Shown here piece by piece: positions 53,649-62,232 of a stretch of 64,000 nucleotides of DNA; positions within the stretch are counted from its first letter, which is position 1, and every line of letters starts with the position of its first letter. This stretch comes from a virus, in IMG/VR virus record IMGVR_UViG_3300023202_000142, positions 121,325-185,324 of that record, one strand, 5' to 3'. The position numbers and the translations under genes were made by a program. A model generated the notes under the pieces. The model searched no databases, had not been told where the DNA came from, and worked only from the letters and a program-made list of their open reading frames with translations.

Positions 53649-55600
53649 ACCAGATTCAGCGCAACCGTGGACGGGTCGAACGCATCGACCCGTCCGATTC
53701 TATAGAGGTCGGCCAGTGGTATTGGGTCGACGAGGACGATGACAAGCTGTGCTGCGTTGTCGAACTGGGGTCGAACTACGCGCTGCTGCGGGGTCCGTCC
53801 CCTCGGGGGTCGTGGTCGTTCCGCGTCCACTTTGATGAGTTCTGGGACCGCTGTGTCCTGGAGCCTAATGCTGAGGATATCCTCGCGGCGAAGATCGCGG
53901 AGATCCAGGATACCGTGAACGGGCTCCTGGGTCGTGCTCGGGAACTGACGAAGAACCTGTCGGTGCCTGACCGAGAGGGGCTGCCGGAACCCGAGACGCG
54001 GGCCCTTGCTCGCCTCAACAGCAACCTGGACCCGAACGCCTACAAGCGCGCGCTCGTGAAGGCCAAGGACGAGACGCTGCCCGACATCTTCAAGCAGATC
54101 AAAGCCGAGCACACCCGATTGGAGCGCTACATGAAGGCGGGGCTGGAGCCGATGAAGGGCGATCTGGCTTCGATGCAGGCAGCGCTGAGCCGTATCAACG
54201 ATCGGATCTTCAGCATCGATCTCTACGCCGGCTTGTCTGAGGAGGTTGTGCAGATCGCGGAGGGGGAGCCGGCGCCGTATGAGGCCAAGGTGCACATCAT
54301 GCAGCGACGCCTCTACATGGATGAGGAGTGCTTGCTCCGCTACAAGGCCGGCGGCATGGAGTTCAGTGATATCGGCCAGTTCGATGCCTGGTTGGCCGAG
54401 CCCGAGAACCTGGAGCGCATCATGCCGTTCGATCGGTGCCTCGTCGCGTTCCGCGTGCGCCGCAAGATGAAGGACCGCTACGGCAAAGAGTTCAACAGTC
54501 CGCTGGGTGTGTTCATTAAGATGCGCCTGGAAGATGCCGACAAGCGCACGTTCATGTATTTTCGTAACGGTGACAGGCTCTACCGGATGTCGACACAGAT
54601 GCAGTTCCCTGAGAAGCTATTCGGCGACGATAGCTTCGAGCTGGCCGAGGTCATGTGGGCGCGCTGCTCGTCGAGCGGCCGCGTCGAAGATGTGATCCCT
54701 GGGCGTCTCTACGAACAGCGTCTCCAGGATCACATGGTGGCCAAGGTCGAGATGGACGCGTTCAAGGAAGCGCACCCCGATTTCAGCCGTTGGAATCGCC
54801 CCGGAGGGGAAAGTGACGAGTTCGAAGCCTGGGACGAATTGCGCAAGGAACGTTACGCGATCGATCGTCGCCTTGACGGCCAGATCGAGAACTACGTCGA
54901 GTTCACGCCGGACACCGTCTATTTCGACGACATCAAGCGGTACGTGAACAAGAAGGTCGTCGAGCGCAATCGCATCGCGTTGATCATGCAGGGGCTTTTC
55001 GACAGATCTCCGGTCTACCATCCCCACCCTCCGGTCGAACTGTGGTCCCAGAAGGGCTTCAACGCGGCCGTGAAGCTCGTCTATGACGACGACAGGGCTT
55101 TGTATGGCCAGGAGGAGCCACCGGACTTCGAAGCGTTCAGGCGCCGCTGTAACGAGTCCCTGGAGACCGGGTCGGTGACATATGGCCAACAGTCTGCCTG
55201 GCGTCGCCACATGGTAGAGCGCTACGACAACGATGATCGGCGGTGGCGCACCGCGGATTATGATTTCGAGAAGATTCCGTATGGCGACCCTGGCCCCGGC
55301 AGCGTCGCGCGCGTCGAGCATTATCACCCCAGGGCTGAGAAGTGTCGTTTCAGGTGGAAGCGCCGTAAGCGTAGCGATTATGCGTGGAATGAGTTCACCC
55401 CGGCAGTCTTCACGTGTCCGCAGGAGAAGTTGCTCAACCTCGACGGCTACAGCCCTGGTGACTACCTGCAGTTCTTCGAGGACCCCCGTACGCGCGCCGA
55501 CTATCTGAAGTGGGCCCCATATCTCCTGACGGCCGAGGACTACCACGCCGGGAAGTTGAGGGTTCGAGAGCCAAACATTCATCCCGATGAGGATTCATGA
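53645..55600 (+). CDS. large hypothetical protein (SH3-like N-terminus, coiled coil, aromatic-rich core)
   Basis: 651 aa ORF, ATGA coupling. Confidence 0.75.
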   Translation: MNQIQRNRGRVERIDPSDSIEVGQWYWVDEDDDKLCCVVELGSNYALLRGPSPRGSWSFRVHFDEFWDRCVLEPNAEDILAAKIAEIQDTVNGLLGRARELTKNLSVPDREGLPEPETRALARLNSNLDPNAYKRALVKAKDETLPDIFKQIKAEHTRLERYMKAGLEPMKGDLASMQAALSRINDRIFSIDLYAGLSEEVVQIAEGEPAPYEAKVHIMQRRLYMDEECLLRYKAGGMEFSDIGQFDAWLAEPENLERIMPFDRCLVAFRVRRKMKDRYGKEFNSPLGVFIKMRLEDADKRTFMYFRNGDRLYRMSTQMQFPEKLFGDDSFELAEVMWARCSSSGRVEDVIPGRLYEQRLQDHMVAKVEMDAFKEAHPDFSRWNRPGGESDEFEAWDELRKERYAIDRRLDGQIENYVEFTPDTVYFDDIKRYVNKKVVERNRIALIMQGLFDRSPVYHPHPPVELWSQKGFNAAVKLVYDDDRALYGQEEPPDFEAFRRRCNESLETGSVTYGQQSAWRRHMVERYDNDDRRWRTADYDFEKIPYGDPGPGSVARVEHYHPRAEKCRFRWKRRKRSDYAWNEFTPAVFTCPQEKLLNLDGYSPGDYLQFFEDPRTRADYLKWAPYLLTAEDYHAGKLRVREPNIHPDEDS

Positions 55601-56178
55601 GCTATCGAATCAAGGATGTCGAAGCCTTCCAGGTCCTCGAACACAGTTTGCGCAGAGTCTGGCCGCAAGCGAAGTGGGTTAAGCTAAACGCGACGAGAAA
55701 CCCCGAGGACACCAGGGTGGGTGTCACTTGGGGAACGATGGTTCTGGGCATCCCTGTCTTGCTGTGGGCTCGCAGAACTCCGTCTGATGGCGCCACGACG
55801 CATGCGGACGTGATAGCTGCTGTTCATGGCCGACCCCCGAGGGGCGTGGAGACCTGGCAAATCCGCATTATTGCGCCGAAACTCGCCCCGTGCGCGCCGG
55901 ATCCTTCTCGACTCAGCTCCTGGACAGATGATGTCATTCTGCAGGGATGGTGGGTCGTCTCGAAGCAGATCGAGCAGGAACGCGCTTACGTTGAGTCGAA
56001 GTCCTGGCTGGCCAGTTCCCTGTCGTCTCTCATCTCTGAGACCAGGGATCTGTGGGACCAGGTGGTGCGTGACACCAGGGCACCAGAGGCTGGCATGGGC
56101 GCTGAGGATAAGATCGCCTGGCAGCGCGCGATGTCGTGCTGGAGTCATGTCATTGAGTCACTCGGTGATTCATCTTGA
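55597..56178 (+). CDS. hypothetical protein
   Basis: ATGA coupling, GAGGA RBS. Confidence 0.55.
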   Translation: MSYRIKDVEAFQVLEHSLRRVWPQAKWVKLNATRNPEDTRVGVTWGTMVLGIPVLLWARRTPSDGATTHADVIAAVHGRPPRGVETWQIRIIAPKLAPCAPDPSRLSSWTDDVILQGWWVVSKQIEQERAYVESKSWLASSLSSLISETRDLWDQVVRDTRAPEAGMGAEDKIAWQRAMSCWSHVIESLGDSS

Positions 56179-56204
56179 CGTGTGAAGACTGTGCACACTA
56201 GGTT
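56175..56204 (+). promoter_or_regulatory. promoter P7 (TTGACG-TGTGAAGACTGTGCACAC-TAGGTT) upstream of ssb
   Basis: Read directly. Confidence 0.75.
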
Positions 56205-56232
56205 GGCCTGAACTGGAACCAGTGGAGGAACC

Positions 56233-56637
56233 GTGAGCACAGTCAATCAGTTCAACGTTGTGGGTCGACTGGGTGTCGACCCGGAGCTATCGTACACGCC
56301 AAGCGGCACACCGAAGTGCGTGATCAGCGTAGCAACCGATGTCGGGTATGGTGAGAACAAGGATACGACATGGGTGCGCGCGACGGCTTGGGGCCGCAGT
56401 GCCGAGACGATCGAGAAGTATTTCGCGAAGGGCAAGCTCATCTTCCTCACCGGCGAAATCAGGACCTACAAATACGAGAAGAAAGGTCAGACGCACTATG
56501 GCTGGGGCCTCGATGTGAAGTCCTGGAGCTTCATTGGGGGCCGTGACGAGTCATTCGGCGAGCCCGAGCAGGCCGAAATTCCGGCTGCGCCGGAGTCCTG
56601 GGACCAGGATTTCAGTGATGATGACATTCCTTTCTGA
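56233..56637 (+). CDS. ssb: single-stranded DNA-binding protein
   Basis: VGRLGVDPEL.YT.SG, KGKLIFLTGEIRT, C-terminal DDDIPF. Confidence 0.95.
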   Translation: MSTVNQFNVVGRLGVDPELSYTPSGTPKCVISVATDVGYGENKDTTWVRATAWGRSAETIEKYFAKGKLIFLTGEIRTYKYEKKGQTHYGWGLDVKSWSFIGGRDESFGEPEQAEIPAAPESWDQDFSDDDIPF

Positions 56638-56645
56638 TGGTTTGA

Positions 56646-57155
56646 GTGATGTCTGCTTTCCAGAACTACGTGCAACTCATTTTGCAGCTCAGAGGGGTGT
56701 CGAACGACTCTCCCGAGGCTGATGTCATCCGTGAGAAAATGGGTGAGCACTGGCACAACCTGACGCAGTCTGAGATCAGCCTGGTGAGGGAGGTAGGTGA
56801 AGCTCTGTCGTCGCCGAAAGCCTGGGAGAGCCAGCCCACTGGGCATGGTGCTTTCGATTTCGCTGACAAAAATCCGCCGCCTCATCTTGTCCTGCGCTGC
56901 GGCAAGACGTCTGTTGCTTTCGCGATTCCCGTCAAGTGGCAACCCGGTGATGGTAGGGGCGAGACTTTTTCATCGACATCAGGTCGGTTGGACTGGGAGA
57001 CGCAGATCCTCGCCTCGATGGCCGACGAGGTCGCCGCTTGGGTGGATCAGAGGCAAATTTTTCGGAAGATGTTCGCTGTCATGTCCGGTCTGCCTCCTGG
57101 CGCCTCGGTGTCCGGGGACCTTATCGACTGGGGTGATGGCGAAAAACACGAATAG
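56646..57155 (+). CDS. hypothetical protein
   Basis: 169 aa ORF in operon. Confidence 0.55.
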   Translation: MMSAFQNYVQLILQLRGVSNDSPEADVIREKMGEHWHNLTQSEISLVREVGEALSSPKAWESQPTGHGAFDFADKNPPPHLVLRCGKTSVAFAIPVKWQPGDGRGETFSSTSGRLDWETQILASMADEVAAWVDQRQIFRKMFAVMSGLPPGASVSGDLIDWGDGEKHE

Positions 57156-57182
57156 ATCACACAACACAACCAAGGACAGCCC

Positions 57183-57575
57183 ATGTGGCTCAAGACGCTC
57201 AGCGGTAACCTGCTTCACATCAACAATGCCTCCAGCCTGTCGAAGGCGAACATCGTCCAGGTCCTCAAAATGGTGAGCCCGGAGACGTCGACGATCGACA
57301 ACTGGAATCTCGACCAACTCCGAGCGATCGGGGAGAAGAATGGCATCCAGCTCCTGCACTCGACGGAGGGCGAGGCGCGCAAAGAGTTCGCTGCGAAGGC
57401 GTTGAAACGTGCCCTGAACATCACCGAGCCGCTGGGTGAGTGGATCATTCTTTGCGGCATCCTCGGCGGCTCCGAGAAGATCGTGGCGTCATTCGACACC
57501 GAGGACAACGCGCAGCGTGCCATCGATGCCCTGGGCGATCACCTCAAGGCGACGTCGATCGAGGACCTGCTGTGA
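57183..57575 (+). CDS. hypothetical protein
   Basis: AAGGA RBS; 130 aa. Confidence 0.6.
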   Translation: MWLKTLSGNLLHINNASSLSKANIVQVLKMVSPETSTIDNWNLDQLRAIGEKNGIQLLHSTEGEARKEFAAKALKRALNITEPLGEWIILCGILGGSEKIVASFDTEDNAQRAIDALGDHLKATSIEDLL

Positions 57576-57955
57576 GCCATCCTCTCCAGGTGTCGATTCC
57601 TATCGCAGCGTCGGCCCTTCGTCGCGACATCGACAGCGGCCTGGTCGATTGGGATGGGGTCGACCTGAAGGGCAAGGCGAAGATCGCGTTTGAGTACGCG
57701 CGCAACGACTCGCTGAACTGGATGCTTTGCGGTGGTGAGGATTCGCTATTCCGACTCGGCTGTGGCATCCTTCTGACCATGCTGGGCCCAGATAGCGCCG
57801 ATTTCCGTCGCATCAAGGCGGAGCTGAACATGCTGCGCGACCTCAACGCGATGATGCAGGGTGTTCCCGTCTCCCTGGAGCAGATGATGGAGGATCACGA
57901 GGATGGTGACCATCTCGGCCTCATGGGCATCTGGCATCGAACCAAGGACACCTGA
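57572..57955 (+). CDS. hypothetical protein
   Basis: GTGA overlap; GAGGA upstream. Confidence 0.55.
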   Translation: MSHPLQVSIPIAASALRRDIDSGLVDWDGVDLKGKAKIAFEYARNDSLNWMLCGGEDSLFRLGCGILLTMLGPDSADFRRIKAELNMLRDLNAMMQGVPVSLEQMMEDHEDGDHLGLMGIWHRTKDT

Positions 57956-59187
57956 TGGACAAGTATAGCTACGAAGCCTCCGATCGACTCAAGGACATTC
58001 TGGCGGGGCCAGACCTTGGGTCGCCCCAGGACATCGTGTTTCATCCTGAGATGCTGCAGCACGTCCAGAAGGCCGCAGGAGAGGATATCCTGAAGATGGA
58101 TCGACGAATGAGTCGCCACAAGCGCGCCTTCGATCCCGACGAGGCCCGCCAGGAGCTACTGGAGGGCTGGACGCCCTTCATCAGCGATTACCTGCACCGG
58201 GAGCCGGACGCAGATCTCGCTTCGCTGCTTCACAACACGCTGCACTGGTGCGAGAGTCACCTGGGCCACGAGCAACCCGAGAAGCCGGCAAAGTGGGTCA
58301 ACGAGTGGCTTGATCTCGCCGCCCAGGTCTACGAGAAGCTGCTCGCCAAGGGGTGCAGCGTCCGGGTGATCCTGCATCCCGTCGGTGTCGACGCTGAGGG
58401 CGAAGAGGTCGTTGTTGTTACTCAGAAAGGTGCACCGCTTGATATCGAGGCCACCAGCTTCGAGATTTCGGCCTTGGCTGACGGGATCGTTGATCGCTTC
58501 GAGGACGGTGCCTCCTATGTCCTCTACCAGGTGATGCCGTCACCGTGCTTCCTGGATCCTGATACCAGGAGGTATCGGCGCTGCGCCGTCGCGCGTGCTG
58601 CCGGCCCCGGCTTTGCGAAGCCGGATCGATCAGCGTATGTCTCCCATGAGCCGAGGCCGAACCCCGACACTCCGACGTGGGCGTCCCAGGAGGTGCGCGC
58701 ACCGATGTGGAGCGTCACTGAGACCTTCGTATTGGCTCAGAACTCCGTACAGGAGGCGCTTAGCGACTCGGAGAGGGGCTTGGGCGCTGTCACTGACATC
58801 CAGGCCAGGTTGTGGTTTCTCGGTACGCAGAAGAACGCTGAAGCACTCAGGGACATGCTCGACGGGATCAGTGATCCCAGGTTTTCCGGCGTGATGATGA
58901 AGGGACAGGACAGCCTCGGCGACTCCGAACTCACGGTTGTTGAGGATGTTCTCGACTACGTTTTCGAGGGCACCCTCGACGAGCTGTTCGAGTCGATCGC
59001 GACCGGCGGTGATGTTGTGCCGTGCCTGAACCGGGCAATCATGGATAGCGTGACCTGGCAACGCGAACTCCGTGACATCCCGCGCGCGATCGGCGTCTAT
59101 TTCCAGATGCTGTGGTGCCCGGTCCTGTTTGAACCGGGCTACATCGGTTTCGAGACGGTCTACGGCTTCGGCAAGCGCCAGACATAA
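57955..59187 (+). CDS. hypothetical protein
   Basis: 410 aa, TGATG coupling. Confidence 0.7.
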   Translation: MDKYSYEASDRLKDILAGPDLGSPQDIVFHPEMLQHVQKAAGEDILKMDRRMSRHKRAFDPDEARQELLEGWTPFISDYLHREPDADLASLLHNTLHWCESHLGHEQPEKPAKWVNEWLDLAAQVYEKLLAKGCSVRVILHPVGVDAEGEEVVVVTQKGAPLDIEATSFEISALADGIVDRFEDGASYVLYQVMPSPCFLDPDTRRYRRCAVARAAGPGFAKPDRSAYVSHEPRPNPDTPTWASQEVRAPMWSVTETFVLAQNSVQEALSDSERGLGAVTDIQARLWFLGTQKNAEALRDMLDGISDPRFSGVMMKGQDSLGDSELTVVEDVLDYVFEGTLDELFESIATGGDVVPCLNRAIMDSVTWQRELRDIPRAIGVYFQMLWCPVLFEPGYIGFETVYGFGKRQT

Positions 59188-59190
59188 GCA

Positions 59191-59217
59191 ATCCGCTGAG
59201 CTATTCGCCCAGCGGAT
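59191..59217. terminator. 8-bp hairpin between convergent CDS and tRNA
   Basis: ATCCGCTG/CAGCGGAT; no clear U-tract. Confidence 0.5.
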
Positions 59218-59221
59218 CGAT

Positions 59222-59295
59222 TGGTTCCGAGAGCAGGGGTCGAACCTGCATTTCCGGGTTCAGGGCCCGGCGTCCTGCCATTAGACGATCCCGGA
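59222..59295 (-). tRNA. trnQ: tRNA-Gln(CUG), encoded CCA, non-canonical C33
   Basis: TCCGGGA/TCTCGGA acceptor with U1-A72; D arm GTCTAATGGCAGGAC; anticodon stem CCGGG/CCCGG with loop CCCTGAA; T arm GCAGG-TTCGACC-CCTGC; ACCA end. Confidence 0.92.
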
Positions 59296-59353
59296 GAAGG
59301 CGTCTCCCCGGGGCGGGCCCGGGGGGCCGAGAGGGAGCACCGCCCGACCAATG

Positions 59354-59383
59354 ACAATGTGTGCACGCACTTCACATCGTCAA
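59354..59383 (-). promoter_or_regulatory. promoter P8 (TTGACG-ATGTGAAGTGCGTGCACA-CATTGT) driving the tRNA
   Basis: Read on reverse strand; close to P7 in sequence. Confidence 0.75.
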
Positions 59384-59387
59384 GGGG

Positions 59388-59927
59388 TTACTCCTCTTCG
59401 TCGTCGATCCTTTTGCGCCACACCGGTCCGATCTCGGGGCAGTCGGTGGCGTTGTGGTGTCGGTCGAAGTCTCGTTGTTCGGCATCCCCGGAACCATCCG
59501 GCGCTTCCCAGTCGTCGTCGTCTGAGACGTCGCGGTAGTCATACCCGAATGGAAACGTAAAGCCGGGTTCCAGGACGTAGAGGTGGTACTGGTTTGCGGC
59601 GTCGACCAGGCGCTTTTCGCTGGGGTACAGCTCGATGGCTTCGGTGGTGGTTCCGCATAGCTCATTCTTGATGCGCTGCATGTCGCGCCAGTCGCGGATC
59701 GGGTCGCGGTCCTGTCGGCGAATCGACAGATGGACCATGCGCGGCCAGCCGCCTTCTGGGATCGCCTCGCCGTATTCGCGTACCAGATCGTAGACGATGA
59801 CCTGGTATCTGGAGTTGGTCCATGTCTCGATGAGGTCGTCACCGACCGGCATGGGGACCCCTGGCGTGAATGATGTCCACGCCGGGTCTGGTTTGACCCG
59901 ACGCCTCTTACGCTTGATGGTTTTCAT
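59388..59927 (-). CDS. conserved phage protein (DUF7694-like)
   Basis: HLSIRR.DR.P..DW.DMQ.IKNE.CG..EAIELYP..VDAAN.YHL. Confidence 0.7.
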   Translation of the reverse strand: MKTIKRKRRRVKPDPAWTSFTPGVPMPVGDDLIETWTNSRYQVIVYDLVREYGEAIPEGGWPRMVHLSIRRQDRDPIRDWRDMQRIKNELCGTTTEAIELYPSEKRLVDAANQYHLYVLEPGFTFPFGYDYRDVSDDDDWEAPDGSGDAEQRDFDRHHNATDCPEIGPVWRKRIDDEEE

Positions 59928-60196
59928 GCTGCCTCGTGTAGCTTCGAGTAGGTTTCGTCGCGACGCCGAATCCACTTGGAACGCTTCTCACGGTCGGTGT
60001 GCATGCAGACGTGCGCATACTCATCGAGTCGATCCAGGACAGCCAGCGCAACGGCGTGCGCCGCGTCAGCCCGGCGTGGTCGTCGTGACCATTCTTCGGC
60101 GACGAGCACCGCGAGCCCCACGGCATCCACGACGTCGATCTCGACGGCGTAGTTCATGAGGTCGTGGTGAACGGGTTTGAGGTCGTGTCGGTCCAT
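59924..60196 (-). CDS. early hypothetical protein
   Basis: AGGAGGAACG RBS. Confidence 0.65.
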   Translation of the reverse strand: MDRHDLKPVHHDLMNYAVEIDVVDAVGLAVLVAEEWSRRPRRADAAHAVALAVLDRLDEYAHVCMHTDREKRSKWIRRRDETYSKLHEAA

Positions 60197-60210
60197 TCGT
60201 TCCTCCTGTG

Positions 60211-60567
60211 TCAGGATACGTTGAAGAGAGTTTCGCCGCCGCTGATGACGTCGCCGTCAACAAAGACGTCGGCGTACCCGGTGGAGAGCATGATGGTCTC
60301 AGGATCCGTGTTCTCGGGATCCTCGCTGACGCGCAACCAGGCATCCTCGGCATGCTCCCAGTCGGATTCCAGTGTCTTGACGGCATCGCGGATCTTGCCG
60401 AGTTCGCTGTCGCTCAGCTTGCATGGCCGGGCGCCGATATGTGTCAGCGCCCGAGTGTCGGCTTTGCCGTCCAGTGCGGTGCTGTAGTGGTGGGCTTCCA
60501 GCATCCCTTCGAGGGCTTCGAGGTCGTGGTTCTTGATGGCGTTGTCGATGAATTCCTTGCGTGTCAT
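60211..60567 (-). CDS. early hypothetical protein
   Basis: AGGAGGCAAAA ATG. Confidence 0.7.
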   Translation of the reverse strand: MTRKEFIDNAIKNHDLEALEGMLEAHHYSTALDGKADTRALTHIGARPCKLSDSELGKIRDAVKTLESDWEHAEDAWLRVSEDPENTDPETIMLSTGYADVFVDGDVISGGETLFNVS

Positions 60568-60589
60568 TTTTGCCTCCTGTGTGGTTGGG

Positions 60590-60931
60590 TTATCGGCCGT
60601 AGCGCATCGCTTTGTAGGCCGGGTGAAGGGGCTTGAGCGCGTCGGCAATCCGGCTGACGTCCGCTGACTCTGGAACGCTTTTGAGCGCTTCGCATGTCGC
60701 GCCCGCCAGTTCCATGAGGTCTTTTCGTCGCTTCGCGTAGGTCACGGCGAGAGCGCCGATTCCGTCACGGATGTCGGAGTTGGTGAGGACTGCGAGTGTC
60801 CAGTTCTTGCCGTTGTCGACCTCGCGATAGACGACCACGCGCTCGTCGTCGCGGCAGGTGTATCCTTCGACGTGTTCGATGCGGTCCCGGCAGTGAACAG
60901 GAATGTCTTTGTTTCGCTTCAGTTTCGTCAT
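60590..60931 (-). CDS. early hypothetical protein
   Basis: AGGAGGTAGCG ATG. Confidence 0.7.
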   Translation of the reverse strand: MTKLKRNKDIPVHCRDRIEHVEGYTCRDDERVVVYREVDNGKNWTLAVLTNSDIRDGIGALAVTYAKRRKDLMELAGATCEALKSVPESADVSRIADALKPLHPAYKAMRYGR

Positions 60932-60955
60932 CGCTACCTCCTGGGTCGTGAACAT

Positions 60956-61014
60956 GGGAGGTGGGGTCGCCTCCCGCAGCACCAACAATATGTGCACGCT
61001 GTGCACGGAGTCAA
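60956..61014 (-). promoter_or_regulatory. promoter P9 (TTGACT-CCGTGCACAGCGTGCA-CATATT) plus GGGAGG/CCTCCC hairpin
   Basis: Read on reverse strand. Confidence 0.85.
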
Positions 61015-61039
61015 GGGGAGTTGTGCGATTCGAATCGTG

Positions 61040-61068
61040 TTGACAGGTGTGACATCAGTGCACATAGT
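61040..61068 (+). promoter_or_regulatory. promoter P10 (TTGACA-GGTGTGACATCAGTGCA-CATAGT), divergent from P9
   Basis: Read directly. Confidence 0.85.
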
Positions 61069-61099
61069 GTCGGGAGAGCTTTGGACCCCCGGAGGGCAG

Positions 61100-62035
61100 A
61101 TGAGCACATTCAAGACTGTCGTCGATGTCTATAACGAACTGGCCTTTCGCTGCACCACAGTCGAAGCAACTGTCGGCCGCTACAAGCACGGCGACGTTGT
61201 CTGGGCATCTGATGTCGGCTCAATGAGGACAATCATGCATATGCTGGAGGTCGCAAAAGTTAGCGATTGGCCGGTTTTCGTTCCGATTGTCCAGGTCGAG
61301 ACCAACACAGGAAACGCTTTCAGGAAGCTGGAGCGTACTGAGATCCAGCGGGCGGAAACAATGCTGACTCACTTTGCGCGGTCGGGCTGTATCGCCAATT
61401 CACTGAAGCAGACGTCACCTGGATTCGACGAGTGGGCGTCCAGTGAGCCTGTAGGGTCATTCTGGGATGACCTCAATGAGGCAAACCTGTCTGGCGTTGA
61501 CCTTGCTGGCGGTCCAGATAAGACGGTCGCTATGACCTTCAGGGTCGATCCAGCTCCTCAACTCATCGCGATCAGCGCAGTCAGTGATCCCGACCCCGCA
61601 CATTCGTCGCCAATCCATGCGATCGGTCACGAGGCCATCGAGCCTGATTTTCTCGATGAGGAGGATCAGGCTGTCGCGACGCCACTTCCGCGCGGTTGGT
61701 CTGATGTCATGGGCTATTTGCATGGGTTCTGGGGGGCTGAGCCGCGCTGGAACAAGGACAACGGGCGTTTTATCGTCAATACCGTTGCTGTGGGCTCTCT
61801 TGTCTTTCATCGCGAGGGCGCTGGTTGGACATGGGCGCATCCGCGATCGAACTGCGAGGGGTTTGGCGGAGATCTCGCCGAAGCGTCTCAGGGGGCCCTG
61901 GGCTATCTCCAGGAGCACATCCGGGAAGGTCTTCCATCTCTCGACGAGGTCAAAGAGGAGAAGCGCCAGGACATCGTCACACGCTTTATCGGTACCGGTG
62001 ACATGGGTGGTCTGGGTACCGGCAGGCATCGCTAG
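61100..62035 (+). CDS. early hypothetical protein
   Basis: GGAGGG RBS before ATG at 61100. Confidence 0.7.
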   Translation: MSTFKTVVDVYNELAFRCTTVEATVGRYKHGDVVWASDVGSMRTIMHMLEVAKVSDWPVFVPIVQVETNTGNAFRKLERTEIQRAETMLTHFARSGCIANSLKQTSPGFDEWASSEPVGSFWDDLNEANLSGVDLAGGPDKTVAMTFRVDPAPQLIAISAVSDPDPAHSSPIHAIGHEAIEPDFLDEEDQAVATPLPRGWSDVMGYLHGFWGAEPRWNKDNGRFIVNTVAVGSLVFHREGAGWTWAHPRSNCEGFGGDLAEASQGALGYLQEHIREGLPSLDEVKEEKRQDIVTRFIGTGDMGGLGTGRHR

Positions 62036-62046
62036 GGAGATATGTC

Positions 62047-62232
62047 ATGAGGCGTGGAAACGAGTACGACTACTACGAGGTCCAGGAGTTTGTTACTGAG
62101 ACGAATGATGCCTGGAAAGTCATCATCGAGAACGAGGCGTTTTGGCTTCCGAAATCGGTGTGCCGTTACGAGCCCGGCGACGACGAAATCGAGATCCCTG
62201 ACTGGCTCGCCGAGGAGCGAGGATTGATATGA
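62047..62232 (+). CDS. small conserved phage protein
   Basis: FWLPKS..EIEIPDWLAEERGL motif. Confidence 0.7.
   Translation: MRRGNEYDYYEVQEFVTETNDAWKVIIENEAFWLPKSVCRYEPGDDEIEIPDWLAEERGLI

Noticed and set aside
59222-59295. Amber suppressor tRNA or stop-codon recoding
   Set aside because: Anticodon is CUG, not CUA; TAG ends many clear genes
46858-61068. CRISPR array or mini-array from the GTGCAC repeats
   Set aside because: Repeats are dispersed and sit within promoter spacers, with no repeat-spacer periodicity
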